From an uncultured Candidatus Rokubacteria bacterium (GTDB taxonomy: Bacteria > Methylomirabilota > Methylomirabilia > Rokubacteriales > CSP1-6), in contig CAVXJS010000021.1 in the NCBI GenBank assembly GCA_963762145.1, forward strand, positions 512,001 through 576,000: 64,000 nucleotides of DNA. Reading direction: 5' to 3'. The notes under the pieces are model-generated. The model made no database searches. It was given only the letters and a program-made list of their open reading frames with translations, and was not told the DNA's origin. Below, one piece after another: positions 30,403 through 40,069 of this stretch; the stretch's first letter is position 1, and each line of letters opens with the position of its first letter. A program made the position numbers and the translations under genes.

Positions 30403-31851
30403 TCACTTGCTGATGGTGATCGGGACCCCCACCTGGGATACGTCCGTGACCGTCATGTGGAATCCCTGATACAGGATCCGGAAGGCGGTCCGGTCCCACA
30501 CGGTGCTCGTACCGGAGCCGCAGCGTCGCGTGCAGCCAGATCCGATCCCGCTTGGCGAAGTTCTCGATGTGCAGCGACGCGAACCGCCGTTCGGGATGGA
30601 GACCACCGTCCGGTCCAGCGTGCGGACTTGCGTCGATCGGAGCTCGATCCGCTCGACGGTGCCGAGCTGCTCGCCGAACCGGCAGAAGTCGCCCACCTGC
30701 ACCGGCTGGTCGGCGACCAGCGAGGCGCCCCCAAGAGGTGCTCGACGGTCTTCTGCGCGGCGAGCGCGAGAGCGATGCCGCCCACCCCGAGCCCCGCGAT
30801 GAGCGCGCTGACGTGCACGCCCATCGCCTCGAGCAGCGAGAAGAACCCGAGCAGGAGCACCAGGAGCTTCAGCGCCCGCTGGGCCAGACCGGCCACCGCG
30901 ATCTTCGCCTCGTGGCTCTGCCCTTCCACGAGCTTGTCGCCGCCCACGTCGACCAGGCGCAGGAGGAGCCACGTCACCCCGACGACCACGACCACCTCCT
31001 CGACCGTCACGAAGGCGTGATGCACGGCCACCGCGAGGCCGAGCAGGCGGCGCGTCACGTGGAACAGGGCCACCGCGATCAGCAGACGGATCGGAGCGCG
31101 CGCCGCCTCCAGGTCTGCAAGACGCCCGCCGGCTGACCGCGGGTGGAAAGCGCGCGGAAGAGCCACATGATCGGCATGACGAGGAGCGAGGCCACGAGGA
31201 GTGAGACGGGCACGAGACACAGCAGCGCGATCCACTGCCACAGCGCGATCTCGAGGAACGCGCACCTCGACGAACATCGGCGGGAGGCGATCTCCCACCG
31301 GCCCGTAGCCGATCTCCGCGTACAGCGCCGGGATCCGGGCCGAGGTTCCGGGGCCGATCTTCCAGATCGGCACGCCGTCCTCGCCCGGGACGCGGTCGAG
31401 GAAGAGGGTCACGCCGCCTCTCTTCGTCTCGATCCGGCCGATCACCTCGCGGCTGGGCGGCTGGCCGTCGTGGAGGAGGCCGTCCGGCTCATCGGAGAGC
31501 TCGGCGGGATCCACCGGCAAGGCCTGGTCCAGAACCACGCGCAGGTGGCGCGCCAGGATCGGTCCCTGCCTCGCCGCCTCGTCGGCCGGAAAGCGGCTCA
31601 GGTCGAGATACGCCGCCGCGCGCTCGTAGTCGCGGCGATCCGTGGCGGTGAGGAAGCCCCGGACGGTGCCGCGCGGGGTCGTGCGGCCGAACTCGTCCGG
31701 AGGCAGGATCCCGGGGCGCCTTCGGCGGCGCCGCGGCGACGGGGCCCGCGGGCCCCGGGGCACCCGGGGCCTGCGCGTGACCTCCGCCCGCCGCCGACAT
31801 CAGGATCCCGGCGGCCAGCAAGAGGATCCCCCACCGCCCTCGCGGTGACAT
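30403..31851 (-). pseudogene. mscS: MscS-family mechanosensitive channel, multiply frameshifted and C-terminally truncated
   Basis: Signal peptide and TPRGTVRGFL periplasmic domain; AGLGVGGIALALAAQ, DQPVQVGDFC, GTVERIELRST and IPNG in shifting frames (about 5 breaks). Confidence 0.8.
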
Positions 31852-31986
31852 CGGCGCCGAGACGCGTGATGCGACCAACCATCGGCAATTCCCCCAGGCG
31901 TCCTCGTGACCGCGGCCGAGGCGCGCTACCGTGAGGCGGTCGGAAACAGGTAGGCTCTTCGAGACTCCGCCCACCATACCGTCCGG

Positions 31987-32752
31987 TCATCCGGGCTGCA
32001 GGTCCTACAAGAGGCGGCAGGAGACTGCCGATGGAGCCGCGCAGGACGGCATCCGCCAGCGGGTCCATGTCGGTCGGCTCGGCATTGATGATGACGACGC
32101 GCGCGCCCGCGTGCCTGGCGACCGGGACCACCCCCGCGATCGGAAACACGGACAGCTTGGTGCCCACCGCGAGCATCAGGTCGCAGCGCGCGGCGGCCTG
32201 CTGGGCGCGCTCGAGGTCCTCGGCCACGAGCCCCTGACCGAAGGAGATCGTCGCGGACTTGAGGACGCCGCCGCACGATCGGCAGGGCGGATCGTCCTCC
32301 CCCGCGCGCACCCGGGCGAGCGCTCGCTCCATGGGCGCGCGCTCGCCGCAGTCCAGGCACACCACCTCGCGCATGGTCCCGTGGATCTCGACCACCCGGT
32401 CGGGCGAGGAGCCGGCGGCCTGATGGAGCCCGTCCACGTTCTGGGTGATGAGCGTGTCGAGCTTGCCCCGCCGCTCGAGCTCGACGAAGGCCCGGTGTCC
32501 CGCATTGGGCTCGGCCTTCCACACCGGTGAGTCGAGGCGGCTGCGCCAGGAGCGCTTGCGCACCTCGGAATCGGCCAGGTAGTTCTGCAGCGTGGCGAGC
32601 TTCTCCGCGCCGGGATCCCGGGTCCAGACGCCCTGCGGGCCGCGGAAGTCGGGGATGCCGGAGTCGGTGGAGATGCCGGCGCCGGTCAGGGCCACGATGC
32701 GCTCGGCCTCGTCGATCCAGGCCCGGACGTCGCGAGGAGTCGGCTCTGGCAT
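31987..32752 (-). CDS. cobB: Sir2/CobB NAD-dependent protein deacylase (ORF formally runs on to 31598; homology ends near 32010)
   Basis: GAGISTDSGIPDFRG, TQNVDGLHQ, HG, CxxC...CxxC and INAEPT; leaderless TGcTAGGCT box. Confidence 0.9.
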
Positions 32753-32788
32753 CCCGGGAGCCTAGCACGGCCCGGGCGGCGGACCGAG

Positions 32789-32837
32789 GCTCTGGATTTC
32801 AAAGTACTTGACACAATGAATCGAGCCACGCTATACG
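32789..32837 (+). promoter_or_regulatory. Sigma70-type promoter (TTGACA at 32808) with adjacent candidate operator GCTCTG-N5-CAAAGT
   Basis: TTGACA 32808-32813, TATACG 32832-32837, ATG at 32845; CAAAGTACTT shared with 33883-33892. Confidence 0.65.
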
Positions 32838-32844
32838 TGAATCG

Positions 32845-33450
32845 ATGACGTCTTCGAACCAGCCCCTCTCCGAATCCCCCGCGCTCCACGCCCGCGCGAT
32901 GGCCGATCTTCGCTTCATCCGGGAGACCATGGAGAACGTCTCCTCGTTCTCGGCGTTCTCCGGCTGGGGCTTGATCCTGATCGGCGTCATCGCGACCGCC
33001 TCCGGGATCCTGGCGGCGCGACAACCCACCCACCTGGGCTGGCTGACGGCGTGGGTGGCGGCCGCCGCCGTCTCGGCGCTGATCGGCGCGTTCTCCACCG
33101 CGCGGAAGACGCACGCCGCTCGTCAGCCGCTGATCCCGGGGCCGGCCAGCAAGTTCGCCCTGAGTCTCGCCCCCGCGGTCATCTCGGGGGCCCTTCTGAC
33201 GGGAGCCCTCGCGCGGGCCGAGCGCTTCGATCTCCTGCCGGGGACGTGGCTCCTGCTCTACGGAGCCGGGCTCGTCGCGGCCGGCGCCTGGTCGGTGCGG
33301 GTCGTCCCGATCATCGGCATCACGTTCATGAGTCTGGGCGCGGTGGGGTTGCTGCTGCCCCTCCCGTGGAGCAACTGGCTCCTGGTCGGCGGCTTCGGCG
33401 GTCTGCACGTCGCCTTCGGCGTGATCGTGGGGAGGAAGCACGGTGGCTGA
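32845..33450 (+). CDS. Integral membrane protein (about 6 TM) preceding a wHTH regulator
   Basis: ADLRFIRETME amphipathic start, WLLLYG and GFGGLHVAFG; 8-nt overlap with the regulator gene. Confidence 0.8.
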   Translation: MTSSNQPLSESPALHARAMADLRFIRETMENVSSFSAFSGWGLILIGVIATASGILAARQPTHLGWLTAWVAAAAVSALIGAFSTARKTHAARQPLIPGPASKFALSLAPAVISGALLTGALARAERFDLLPGTWLLLYGAGLVAAGAWSVRVVPIIGITFMSLGAVGLLLPLPWSNWLLVGGFGGLHVAFGVIVGRKHGG

Positions 33451-33844
33451 TTCGAGCGCGGCGCGACGGCAGCGATCGGAGGCTTCGGCGGGGCGGGCCT
33501 CGTCGCCGCGGGCCGCCGGCGGGCGCGGCACGCCGCGAGGGTCGGGGAGCCTCGACAACCTCGTCCATCACCGCATCCGTCTCGGCATCGTGAGCGCCCT
33601 CGCCGCCGCCGAATCGCTCACGTTCAACGAGATCAAGGCGCTCCTGGAGACGACGGACGGCAACCTGAGCGTGCACGCCCGCAAGCTCGAGGAAGCGGAG
33701 TACGTCACCTGCACCAAGACCTTCGACGGTCGGCGGCCGCGGACCGAGTACCGCCTCACCCCGGTCGGCCGCCGCGAGCTCACCCGGTACCTGACCCACA
33801 TGGAAGCGCTGATCCGGGCGACGCGGGACACGCTCAAGCGCTGA
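33443..33844 (+). CDS. Winged-helix transcriptional regulator (HTH_34/MarR-ArsR-like)
   Basis: HHRIRLGIVSAL, TDGNLSVHARKLEEAEYV and PRTEYRLTPVGR. Confidence 0.9.
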   Translation: MADSSAARRQRSEASAGRASSPRAAGGRGTPRGSGSLDNLVHHRIRLGIVSALAAAESLTFNEIKALLETTDGNLSVHARKLEEAEYVTCTKTFDGRRPRTEYRLTPVGRRELTRYLTHMEALIRATRDTLKR

Positions 33845-33871
33845 CGCGGAACCAAATTTTTTTGCCAGGAG

Positions 33872-33888
33872 ACTTTGACATGCAAAGT
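33872..33888. promoter_or_regulatory. Palindromic operator ACTTTG-ACATG-CAAAGT centred on the uppS start codon
   Basis: Perfect 6-bp inverted arms; AT-rich in a GC-rich genome; related copy at 32789. Confidence 0.7.
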
Positions 33889-34599
33889 ACTTCGCACCCT
33901 CGACACCCGGGACTCCACGTGGCCGTCATCATGGACGGCAACGGACGGTGGGCCCTCGACCGCGGGCTCCCGCGCGCGGCCGGACACCATGCGGGGGTCG
34001 ACGCGATCCGGCGGGTCGTCGAGGCCGCGCCCGGCGTCGGGATCGGCACCCTGACCCTGTTCGCCTTCTCCTCCGACAACTGGGCCCGGCCGGTGGAGGA
34101 GGTGCAGATCCTGATGGGGCTGTTCGAGCGGTTCCTGCGAGACGAAGCGGCACCGCTGCTCGCCCACGACGTGCGACTGTCCGTGATCGGGCGCCGGGAC
34201 CGGCTGCCCTCCAGGGTGGTCTCGGCGATCTCGGCCGCCGAGACGATCACGGCGCGAGCGAATCGCCTGCACCTCCGGGTCGCCGTCGACTACTCCTCGC
34301 GCGACGCGATCCTCGAGGCGGCCCGTCTCGGCCGGCTCGACCACCTGACGCGCGAGAGCTTCGCGCATCGACTCGGAGAGGCCCACGGCGCGCCCGCGCC
34401 CGACGTGGAGCTGCTGATCCGCACCGGCGGCGAGCAGCGCCTGAGCGACTTTCTCCTGTGGGAAAGCGCGTACGCCGAGTTCTTCTTCACGGCTCGCATG
34501 TGGCCCGACTTCCACGGGGACGACCTCGCGGCGGCCGTCGCCGAGTTCCGGACGCGGGACCGCCGCTTCGGCGCCCTGTCGGAATCGGGGAAGCGGTGA
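33880..34599 (+). CDS. uppS: cis-prenyltransferase (undecaprenyl diphosphate synthase paralogue)
   Basis: RBS AGGAG; HVAVIMDGNGRWA, GHHAG, FSSDNWARP, IRTGGEQRLSDFLLW, WPDF and RRFG. Confidence 0.92.
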   Translation: MQSTSHPRHPGLHVAVIMDGNGRWALDRGLPRAAGHHAGVDAIRRVVEAAPGVGIGTLTLFAFSSDNWARPVEEVQILMGLFERFLRDEAAPLLAHDVRLSVIGRRDRLPSRVVSAISAAETITARANRLHLRVAVDYSSRDAILEAARLGRLDHLTRESFAHRLGEAHGAPAPDVELLIRTGGEQRLSDFLLWESAYAEFFFTARMWPDFHGDDLAAAVAEFRTRDRRFGALSESGKR

Positions 34600-36086
34600 G
34601 CCTCATGGCACGCCCGCTCCTGCTGTGGTCCGTCGCGCTCGCGCTGGGAGGGCTCGGCACCGGCGTCCTGTTCGACGCGGCCCCCGGACTCAACTGGGGC
34701 GCGTGGACACTGGCCGTCGTCAGCGGCATCCTGCTCTGCGCCCGGGTGGCGCCCTCGCCGATGCGGGCCTCCCTCCTGCCGCTCGCCCTCGCGGTGGCCT
34801 TCGCGGCGGCGGCGGCCATCACCGTCGCGCCGGCCGCTCATGCCGTCATCGTCGGCGCGGTGGCCGTGCTCCTGGCGATCGCGGTGCTCCTGGCCGGCGA
34901 CTTGGGGTGGAAGCGGCTGACCGCGCCCTTCATGCTGTGGGCGCCCGCGGCGGCACCCCTCCTGGTGCTCGCGGAGGCGATCCGACGCGCCCACGAGATG
35001 ATCGGGCTCGTCGCGACGCCTCGCTACCGGCCGCTCTGCCGGGGCGCGCTCCTGGCGCTTCCGGTGGTGGGCCTGTTCACGCTGATCCTCGCCAACGCCG
35101 ATCCCGTGCTCGCCACCCTGCGCGATGGCCTGACCGAGGCGCTGGCCCGCCTGGAATTCGTGCCCCGGCTCATGTTCTGGGGCGCCCTCTTCGCCCTTGC
35201 CCTGGGAGGCGGCGGGATCGTCATGCGCCGGGCGAGCGTCCCGGCTCCGGCGTTCGTGGAGCCGGCTCCGGCCCCGCGCCTCGCCGACACCGAGCGCCTC
35301 GTCGTGCTCGGCGCGGTCGGCACCCTCTTCGCCGCGTTCCTCCTCCTGCAGCTGAGCTACCTGTTCGGCAACGCCCCGGTCGTCGCGGGATCGGGCGTGA
35401 CGTTCTCGGAATACGCCCGCCGGGGATTCGCCGAGCTGAGCACGGTGGCGACCCTCTGCACGATTTTGCTGGTGACCCTCGAGCACTGGGCCGCGCGCGG
35501 CCCGCGCGAGCGGTGGGCGCGCCTCCTGGCCATCGCGGTCGTCGTCGAGGTCGAGATCCTCCTGATCTCGGCGCTCCGCCGCCTCTGGCTCTACGAGTCC
35601 GCCTACGGGTTCACGACCGCGCGGCTCTACGCCCACGTCTACATGGTCGGGGTCGCGCTCTTCCTCGGGCTGCTCGGCTGGCGGCTGTCCCGCGGCTTGA
35701 AGGCGGGGTGGCTCGCGCGGCGCGCGGCCGCGATCGCCGCCGTCGCGATGATCGTGCTGATCTACTGGAACCACGAAGCGTGGATCGTCCGTCAGAACGC
35801 GGGACGCTTCCTCCGGACCGGACAGCTCGACACCGCGTATCTGGTCTGGGGGCTCTCGCCGAACGCGGCGCCGGCCCTGGTCCGGACGATGCCTCAGCTA
35901 TCGCCCGCCCAGGCCGACGCGGTGCGCGTCGGGCTTCGGCAGCGCTACGGACAGGTCGCCCGCGGCGCTTCGTGCCGCTGGTTCGAGTGGAATCGCGGCC
36001 GGAGCCGCGCGGTGGCCGCGCTCCGGGCGGCGGGGATCGTGGAAGGAGACGTCCAGCTCCATCCTCGCGATTGCGTCGCGCGGTGA
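34596..36086 (+). CDS. DUF4153/DUF4173-family multi-pass membrane protein
   Basis: GTGA coupling to uppS; LANADPV, QLSYLFG, FSEYARRGFAEL and RRLWLYESAYGFTTARL. Confidence 0.8.
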   Translation: MSLMARPLLLWSVALALGGLGTGVLFDAAPGLNWGAWTLAVVSGILLCARVAPSPMRASLLPLALAVAFAAAAAITVAPAAHAVIVGAVAVLLAIAVLLAGDLGWKRLTAPFMLWAPAAAPLLVLAEAIRRAHEMIGLVATPRYRPLCRGALLALPVVGLFTLILANADPVLATLRDGLTEALARLEFVPRLMFWGALFALALGGGGIVMRRASVPAPAFVEPAPAPRLADTERLVVLGAVGTLFAAFLLLQLSYLFGNAPVVAGSGVTFSEYARRGFAELSTVATLCTILLVTLEHWAARGPRERWARLLAIAVVVEVEILLISALRRLWLYESAYGFTTARLYAHVYMVGVALFLGLLGWRLSRGLKAGWLARRAAAIAAVAMIVLIYWNHEAWIVRQNAGRFLRTGQLDTAYLVWGLSPNAAPALVRTMPQLSPAQADAVRVGLRQRYGQVARGASCRWFEWNRGRSRAVAALRAAGIVEGDVQLHPRDCVAR

Positions 36087-36092
36087 CGGGGC

Positions 36093-37520
36093 CTAGCGCC
36101 CGCCGCCCAGGACCTTGACCAGGCGGTACAGGAACTCGTGGCCGCCGTACAGCGACTGCACCGGCATCCGCTCGTTGAGCCCGTGCGACCGCGCGTCGTC
36201 GGGACCCAGGAAGAGGCCGGACACGCCGTAGGCGGGAATGCCCGCGTTGCGGAGGAAGCGCGAATCGGTCGCGCCGGTGCTCATGGTGGGGATCACCGGA
36301 ATGCCCGGCCACAGCGCGGTGGTCGTGGCCTCGACCGCCTGCATCAGGTCGGGACGCAGCGACGACGGCTGGCTCAGCTCCGGCTCGGTCATCTGGGTCA
36401 CCGTGATGCCCGGATCGCCCAGGGCCTTCACGATCTCCTCCCGTACGCGGTCGATCGGCTCCCCCGGGAGGACGCGGCAGTTCACGACCGCGCGCGCGGT
36501 CTGGGGCAGCGCGTTGCTCGCGTGGCCGCCCTCGAGGCGCGTGGCCACGCAGGTCGTCCGCATGATCGAGTTGTAGAACGCGTGGACGGCCGAGAGGCGG
36601 GCGGCGGCCTGCGGGTCGGGCGCGCCGTCCTTCGCGACCGCGCGCATGTCGTCGGCCACCGCGCCGGCGTGGAGCGGCGCGCTCCGCTGGAAATAGCCGC
36701 GGGTGATCTCGTTCAGCCTGGCCGGGAACTCGTGGCGCGCGAAGCGCGCGAGCCCTTCCGCGAGCTGATAGATCGCGTTGTCCTTGCGTGGCATCGAGCT
36801 GTGGCCGCCCGGGTTCTTGCTCTCGAGACGGAAGCTCACGGTCACCTTCTCGGCCGCCTGCACGCGGAGCAGCACCGGGCGCCCATCGCGCGTCATCTCG
36901 GCGCCGCCGCCCTCGTTGAGCGCGAGCTCCGCCTCGATCAGGGGGCGGTGGTGCTTGAGGAGCCAGCTCACCCCGTTCCACGGCGAGCGGAGCTCCTCGT
37001 CCGCGGTCAGGGCCAGGATCAGGTCGCGCTCCGGCGCGTAGCCTTCCTTCTTGTAGCGGATCAGGTTGGCCACGAAGATCGCGGCCATCGCCTTGTCGTC
37101 CACCGAGCCGCGCGCGTAGAAGTACCCGTCTTCCTCGACCAGCTTGAACGGATCGCGCTCCCAGTCCTCGCGCCTGGCCTCGACCACGTCGAGATGGGCG
37201 AGCAGGAGCAGCGGTTTCTTCGCCCCGGTCCCCTTGAGCCGCGCCACCAGGTTGCCCTTCCGCGGCGCGCCGGGCGGAACGATGATCTGCAGCTCGGCAT
37301 CTGAAAAGCCACCGGCCTTGAGCCGGGCCGCCATCGCCCGGGCGGCGGCCGTGTTGTCGCCCACCGAGTCGGTGGTGTTGATCTCCACCAGCTCCTTGTA
37401 GATCTCGCGCAGGCGTGTCTGGTCCGGCGTGGGGGGGCCGGGGGGCGGCAGCTGCGCGTGAGCCGTCGCCGGCCACGCGGACAAGAGCAGCGCCAGGACC
37501 AGACCGGAGCCGGGTCTCAT
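36093..37520 (-). CDS. Secreted M20/M25/M40 metallopeptidase
   Basis: Signal peptide; LAHLDVV, RGSVDDK, ADEE, NEGG, GGHSS, GATD and SHGLNE. Confidence 0.92.
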   Translation of the reverse strand: MRPGSGLVLALLLSAWPATAHAQLPPPGPPTPDQTRLREIYKELVEINTTDSVGDNTAAARAMAARLKAGGFSDAELQIIVPPGAPRKGNLVARLKGTGAKKPLLLLAHLDVVEARREDWERDPFKLVEEDGYFYARGSVDDKAMAAIFVANLIRYKKEGYAPERDLILALTADEELRSPWNGVSWLLKHHRPLIEAELALNEGGGAEMTRDGRPVLLRVQAAEKVTVSFRLESKNPGGHSSMPRKDNAIYQLAEGLARFARHEFPARLNEITRGYFQRSAPLHAGAVADDMRAVAKDGAPDPQAAARLSAVHAFYNSIMRTTCVATRLEGGHASNALPQTARAVVNCRVLPGEPIDRVREEIVKALGDPGITVTQMTEPELSQPSSLRPDLMQAVEATTTALWPGIPVIPTMSTGATDSRFLRNAGIPAYGVSGLFLGPDDARSHGLNERMPVQSLYGGHEFLYRLVKVLGGGR

Positions 37521-37595
37521 CGCGAGTGGTACAGTACCGAACTGCGCCCCGGCCTGTCCATGGATCCCGGCCGCGACGCCTGGAAGGAGCGCGCC

Positions 37596-38684
37596 ATGCA
37601 CTGCTGCGGTCACGGGAGCACGCGGCTCACCTCCACCTCCGCGATGTTCGCCGGGCACGCGGGGACCCGGTCCGACGCGCCGGCGGCGGCCGCGGAGCCG
37701 TACGCCGCCGCGCGGCGCCTGCTCCGCGAGCACGTCTCGATCGACGTGCACACCCACGCGGGCCCGAATGGCATCACCTCCCGCACCGCGCGCCCGAGCG
37801 ACGATCTCGCCCGCGGCATGCGCGCGGGCGGGATCGCGGTGCTCTGCCTGGCCGACGTGCCCGACGGGCCGATCCTCGGGCGCGACGCCGGCAACGTGCT
37901 CCGGGCGCTGCGCGAGCCCGAGCCCGGCTTCCTCTACCAGTACCACCAGGAGCGCCTCGACTGGCTCGATACGCTGACCGCCAAGCACGGCATTCGCCGC
38001 GTCCTCACGGTGGCGGACCTCGAGGCGGCCCACAAGGCCGGCGCCCCCGCGATCATCCTGGACATCGAGGGCCTGGACTTCCTCGAGCGCAAGCTCGAGC
38101 GGCTCGAGGAATCGTACCGGCGCGGGGTCCGCACCATGCAGCTCGTCCACTACACCCCGAACGACATCGGCGATTTCCAGACCGGCCGCGTCACGCACGG
38201 CGGCCTCACCCCCTTCGGGGCCGACGTCATCCGCGCGTGCCACCGGCTCGGCGTCGTCGTGGATGTGGCGCACGCGACCGCCGACACCGTCGAGCAGGCC
38301 GCGAAGGTCGGGAGCAAGCCGCTGCTCCTCTCGCACACCGCGCTGCGGGACTCCCGGGCCCAGGGCGAGACCCCGCTCGTGGAGCGGCAGATCACGCCGG
38401 ATCACGCCCGGACCGTAGCCGGCACGGGCGGCTCCATCGGGATCTGGCACTTCTTCGCGACGCCCGAGCTCTACGTGGACGGGCTGAAGGAGATGGCGGA
38501 CGTGGTCGGCGTGGACCACGTGAGCATCGGCACCGATGCCGCCTCCGGCCCCGGTCTCTTCCCGACCTACGACCGCTTCACGATCCTGGTCGACGCGATG
38601 CTCCGCGGCGGCTTCACTCCCGCCGACACCGCCAAGATCATCGGGGGGAACTATCGGCGGATCTTCGCGGCTTCGGTGCGCTGA
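37596..38684 (+). CDS. Membrane dipeptidase (peptidase M19) family
   Basis: DVHTH, IEG, GGLTPFG, VVDVAH, SHT and GVDHVSIGTD; RBS AAGGAG. Confidence 0.88.
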   Translation: MHCCGHGSTRLTSTSAMFAGHAGTRSDAPAAAAEPYAAARRLLREHVSIDVHTHAGPNGITSRTARPSDDLARGMRAGGIAVLCLADVPDGPILGRDAGNVLRALREPEPGFLYQYHQERLDWLDTLTAKHGIRRVLTVADLEAAHKAGAPAIILDIEGLDFLERKLERLEESYRRGVRTMQLVHYTPNDIGDFQTGRVTHGGLTPFGADVIRACHRLGVVVDVAHATADTVEQAAKVGSKPLLLSHTALRDSRAQGETPLVERQITPDHARTVAGTGGSIGIWHFFATPELYVDGLKEMADVVGVDHVSIGTDAASGPGLFPTYDRFTILVDAMLRGGFTPADTAKIIGGNYRRIFAASVR

Positions 38685-38697
38685 GTCTCGCCGAGCC

Positions 38698-38958
38698 TCA
38701 GTGGACGTCGAGCATCGTCAGGAGCTCGCGCGTCAGGCTGACCCGCACCACGTAGTGCGTCTCGGTCGCGAGCACCCTCCACGCCCGCTCGATCTCGCCG
38801 AGCGGGACGTGTCCGGCGCGGAACACGTCGGTCAGCGCGTCCAGCCCTCTCACGCTGCCGAGACTGAGCGCGATCTCGGTGCTGCGTCCCGAGCCGAAGG
38901 TCAGCAGATATTCCGCGCTGACCGGGTCGACGGCCGGCCGCAATCGCGTGATGTACAT
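38698..38958 (-). CDS. Small hypothetical protein
   Basis: 86-aa ORF filling the gap with plausible composition; no motif. Confidence 0.45.
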   Translation of the reverse strand: MYITRLRPAVDPVSAEYLLTFGSGRSTEIALSLGSVRGLDALTDVFRAGHVPLGEIERAWRVLATETHYVVRVSLTRELLTMLDVH

Positions 38959-39077
38959 TCGACCAGCGCCGCCACGCCGAGCCATCTGAAGCAGGATACA
39001 GATCGAACCGCTGAAGACCGCTTGATGATCGCGTGCGGCCTCGAGCCGACTCGGTAGTTTCTTCCTGACATTCCGCG

Positions 39078-39629
39078 TCAGGATTCACCCTTGTACGCGA
39101 TCGGCTCGGCGAGCGGCGTCCGATCCGGATGGACGTGGCCGCAGCCGCCGCACGTGCGCAGCGCGAGGCTGGCGTCGAAGCGCTCGATGGCGGCCTTCAG
39201 CTCCCCCTCGATGTCGGCCACGTGCATCGTCACCTCGTGGAGGCGCCGATCGCACCGCTCGCAGAACCACAGGAGGGACTCGGTCTGCTCGGGCCGCCGC
39301 TTCACCTCGACCACCAGGCCCCAGGTGTCGGCCGGGCGGTGCGGGGAATGCGGCACGAGCGCCGGCAGCAGGCACAGCTCGCCCTCCCGGATGATCTGCT
39401 CGTGCCGCCGGCCGGCCTCCATGTACTCGAGCCGCATCGCGCCGCGCAGCATGTAGAAGATCTCGTCGGAGGGATCCACGTGGAAGTCGCGGCGGGCATT
39501 CGGCCCGCGGACCACCATCGCGGTGAACTGCGAATCCTCCCAGATCACCTTGTTGCCGACCGGCGGCTCGAAGGTGGCCCGGTTCTGGTCGATCCACTGC
39601 CATAGGTTGAAGGCGACGAGGCCGCGCAT
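39078..39629 (-). CDS. nbaC: 3-hydroxyanthranilate 3,4-dioxygenase
   Basis: PPVGNK, GPNARRDFH, EIFY, PHSPHR, plus rubredoxin-like CERC/CGGC; RBS GGAGG. Confidence 0.92.
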   Translation of the reverse strand: MRGLVAFNLWQWIDQNRATFEPPVGNKVIWEDSQFTAMVVRGPNARRDFHVDPSDEIFYMLRGAMRLEYMEAGRRHEQIIREGELCLLPALVPHSPHRPADTWGLVVEVKRRPEQTESLLWFCERCDRRLHEVTMHVADIEGELKAAIERFDASLALRTCGGCGHVHPDRTPLAEPIAYKGES

Positions 39630-39631
39630 GG

Positions 39632-40069
39632 TCACCTCCGCAGGTAGATCACCAGCGAGACGAGGCTCATCACCACCTCCCCCTGCTGGTTCATGATCCG
39701 GCTCTCGATCTTCACGGTGCCCCGGTCGGGCCGGCTCCGCGACGCGATCTTCTCGCGAATCTCCGACTCCACCGAGAGCACGTCGCCCGGCCGCACCGGC
39801 CGGATCCACTTGAGATCGTCGAACCCGATGGCCCCGGAGGTGGCGTGCACGGGGGTCATGTGCTCGACCACCATGCGGATGAACATGGCCCCGGTGTGCC
39901 AGCCGCTCGCGATGAGCCCGCCGAACATGCTGGCCTTCGCCGCGTCCTCGTCCAGGTGGAAGGGCTGCGGGTCGAACTGCCGTGCGTACTCGACGATCTC
40001 GTCCCGGGTGACCTCGTAGCGTCCGAAGCGCATGACGTCGCCGACCTGCACGTCGTCGAAGTACTTCAT
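39632..40069 (-). CDS. MaoC-family dehydratase
   Basis: YFDD, FDPQPFHLD, FGGLIASGWHT and PVRPGDVL. Confidence 0.9.
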   Translation of the reverse strand: MKYFDDVQVGDVMRFGRYEVTRDEIVEYARQFDPQPFHLDEDAAKASMFGGLIASGWHTGAMFIRMVVEHMTPVHATSGAIGFDDLKWIRPVRPGDVLSVESEIREKIASRSRPDRGTVKIESRIMNQQGEVVMSLVSLVIYLRR

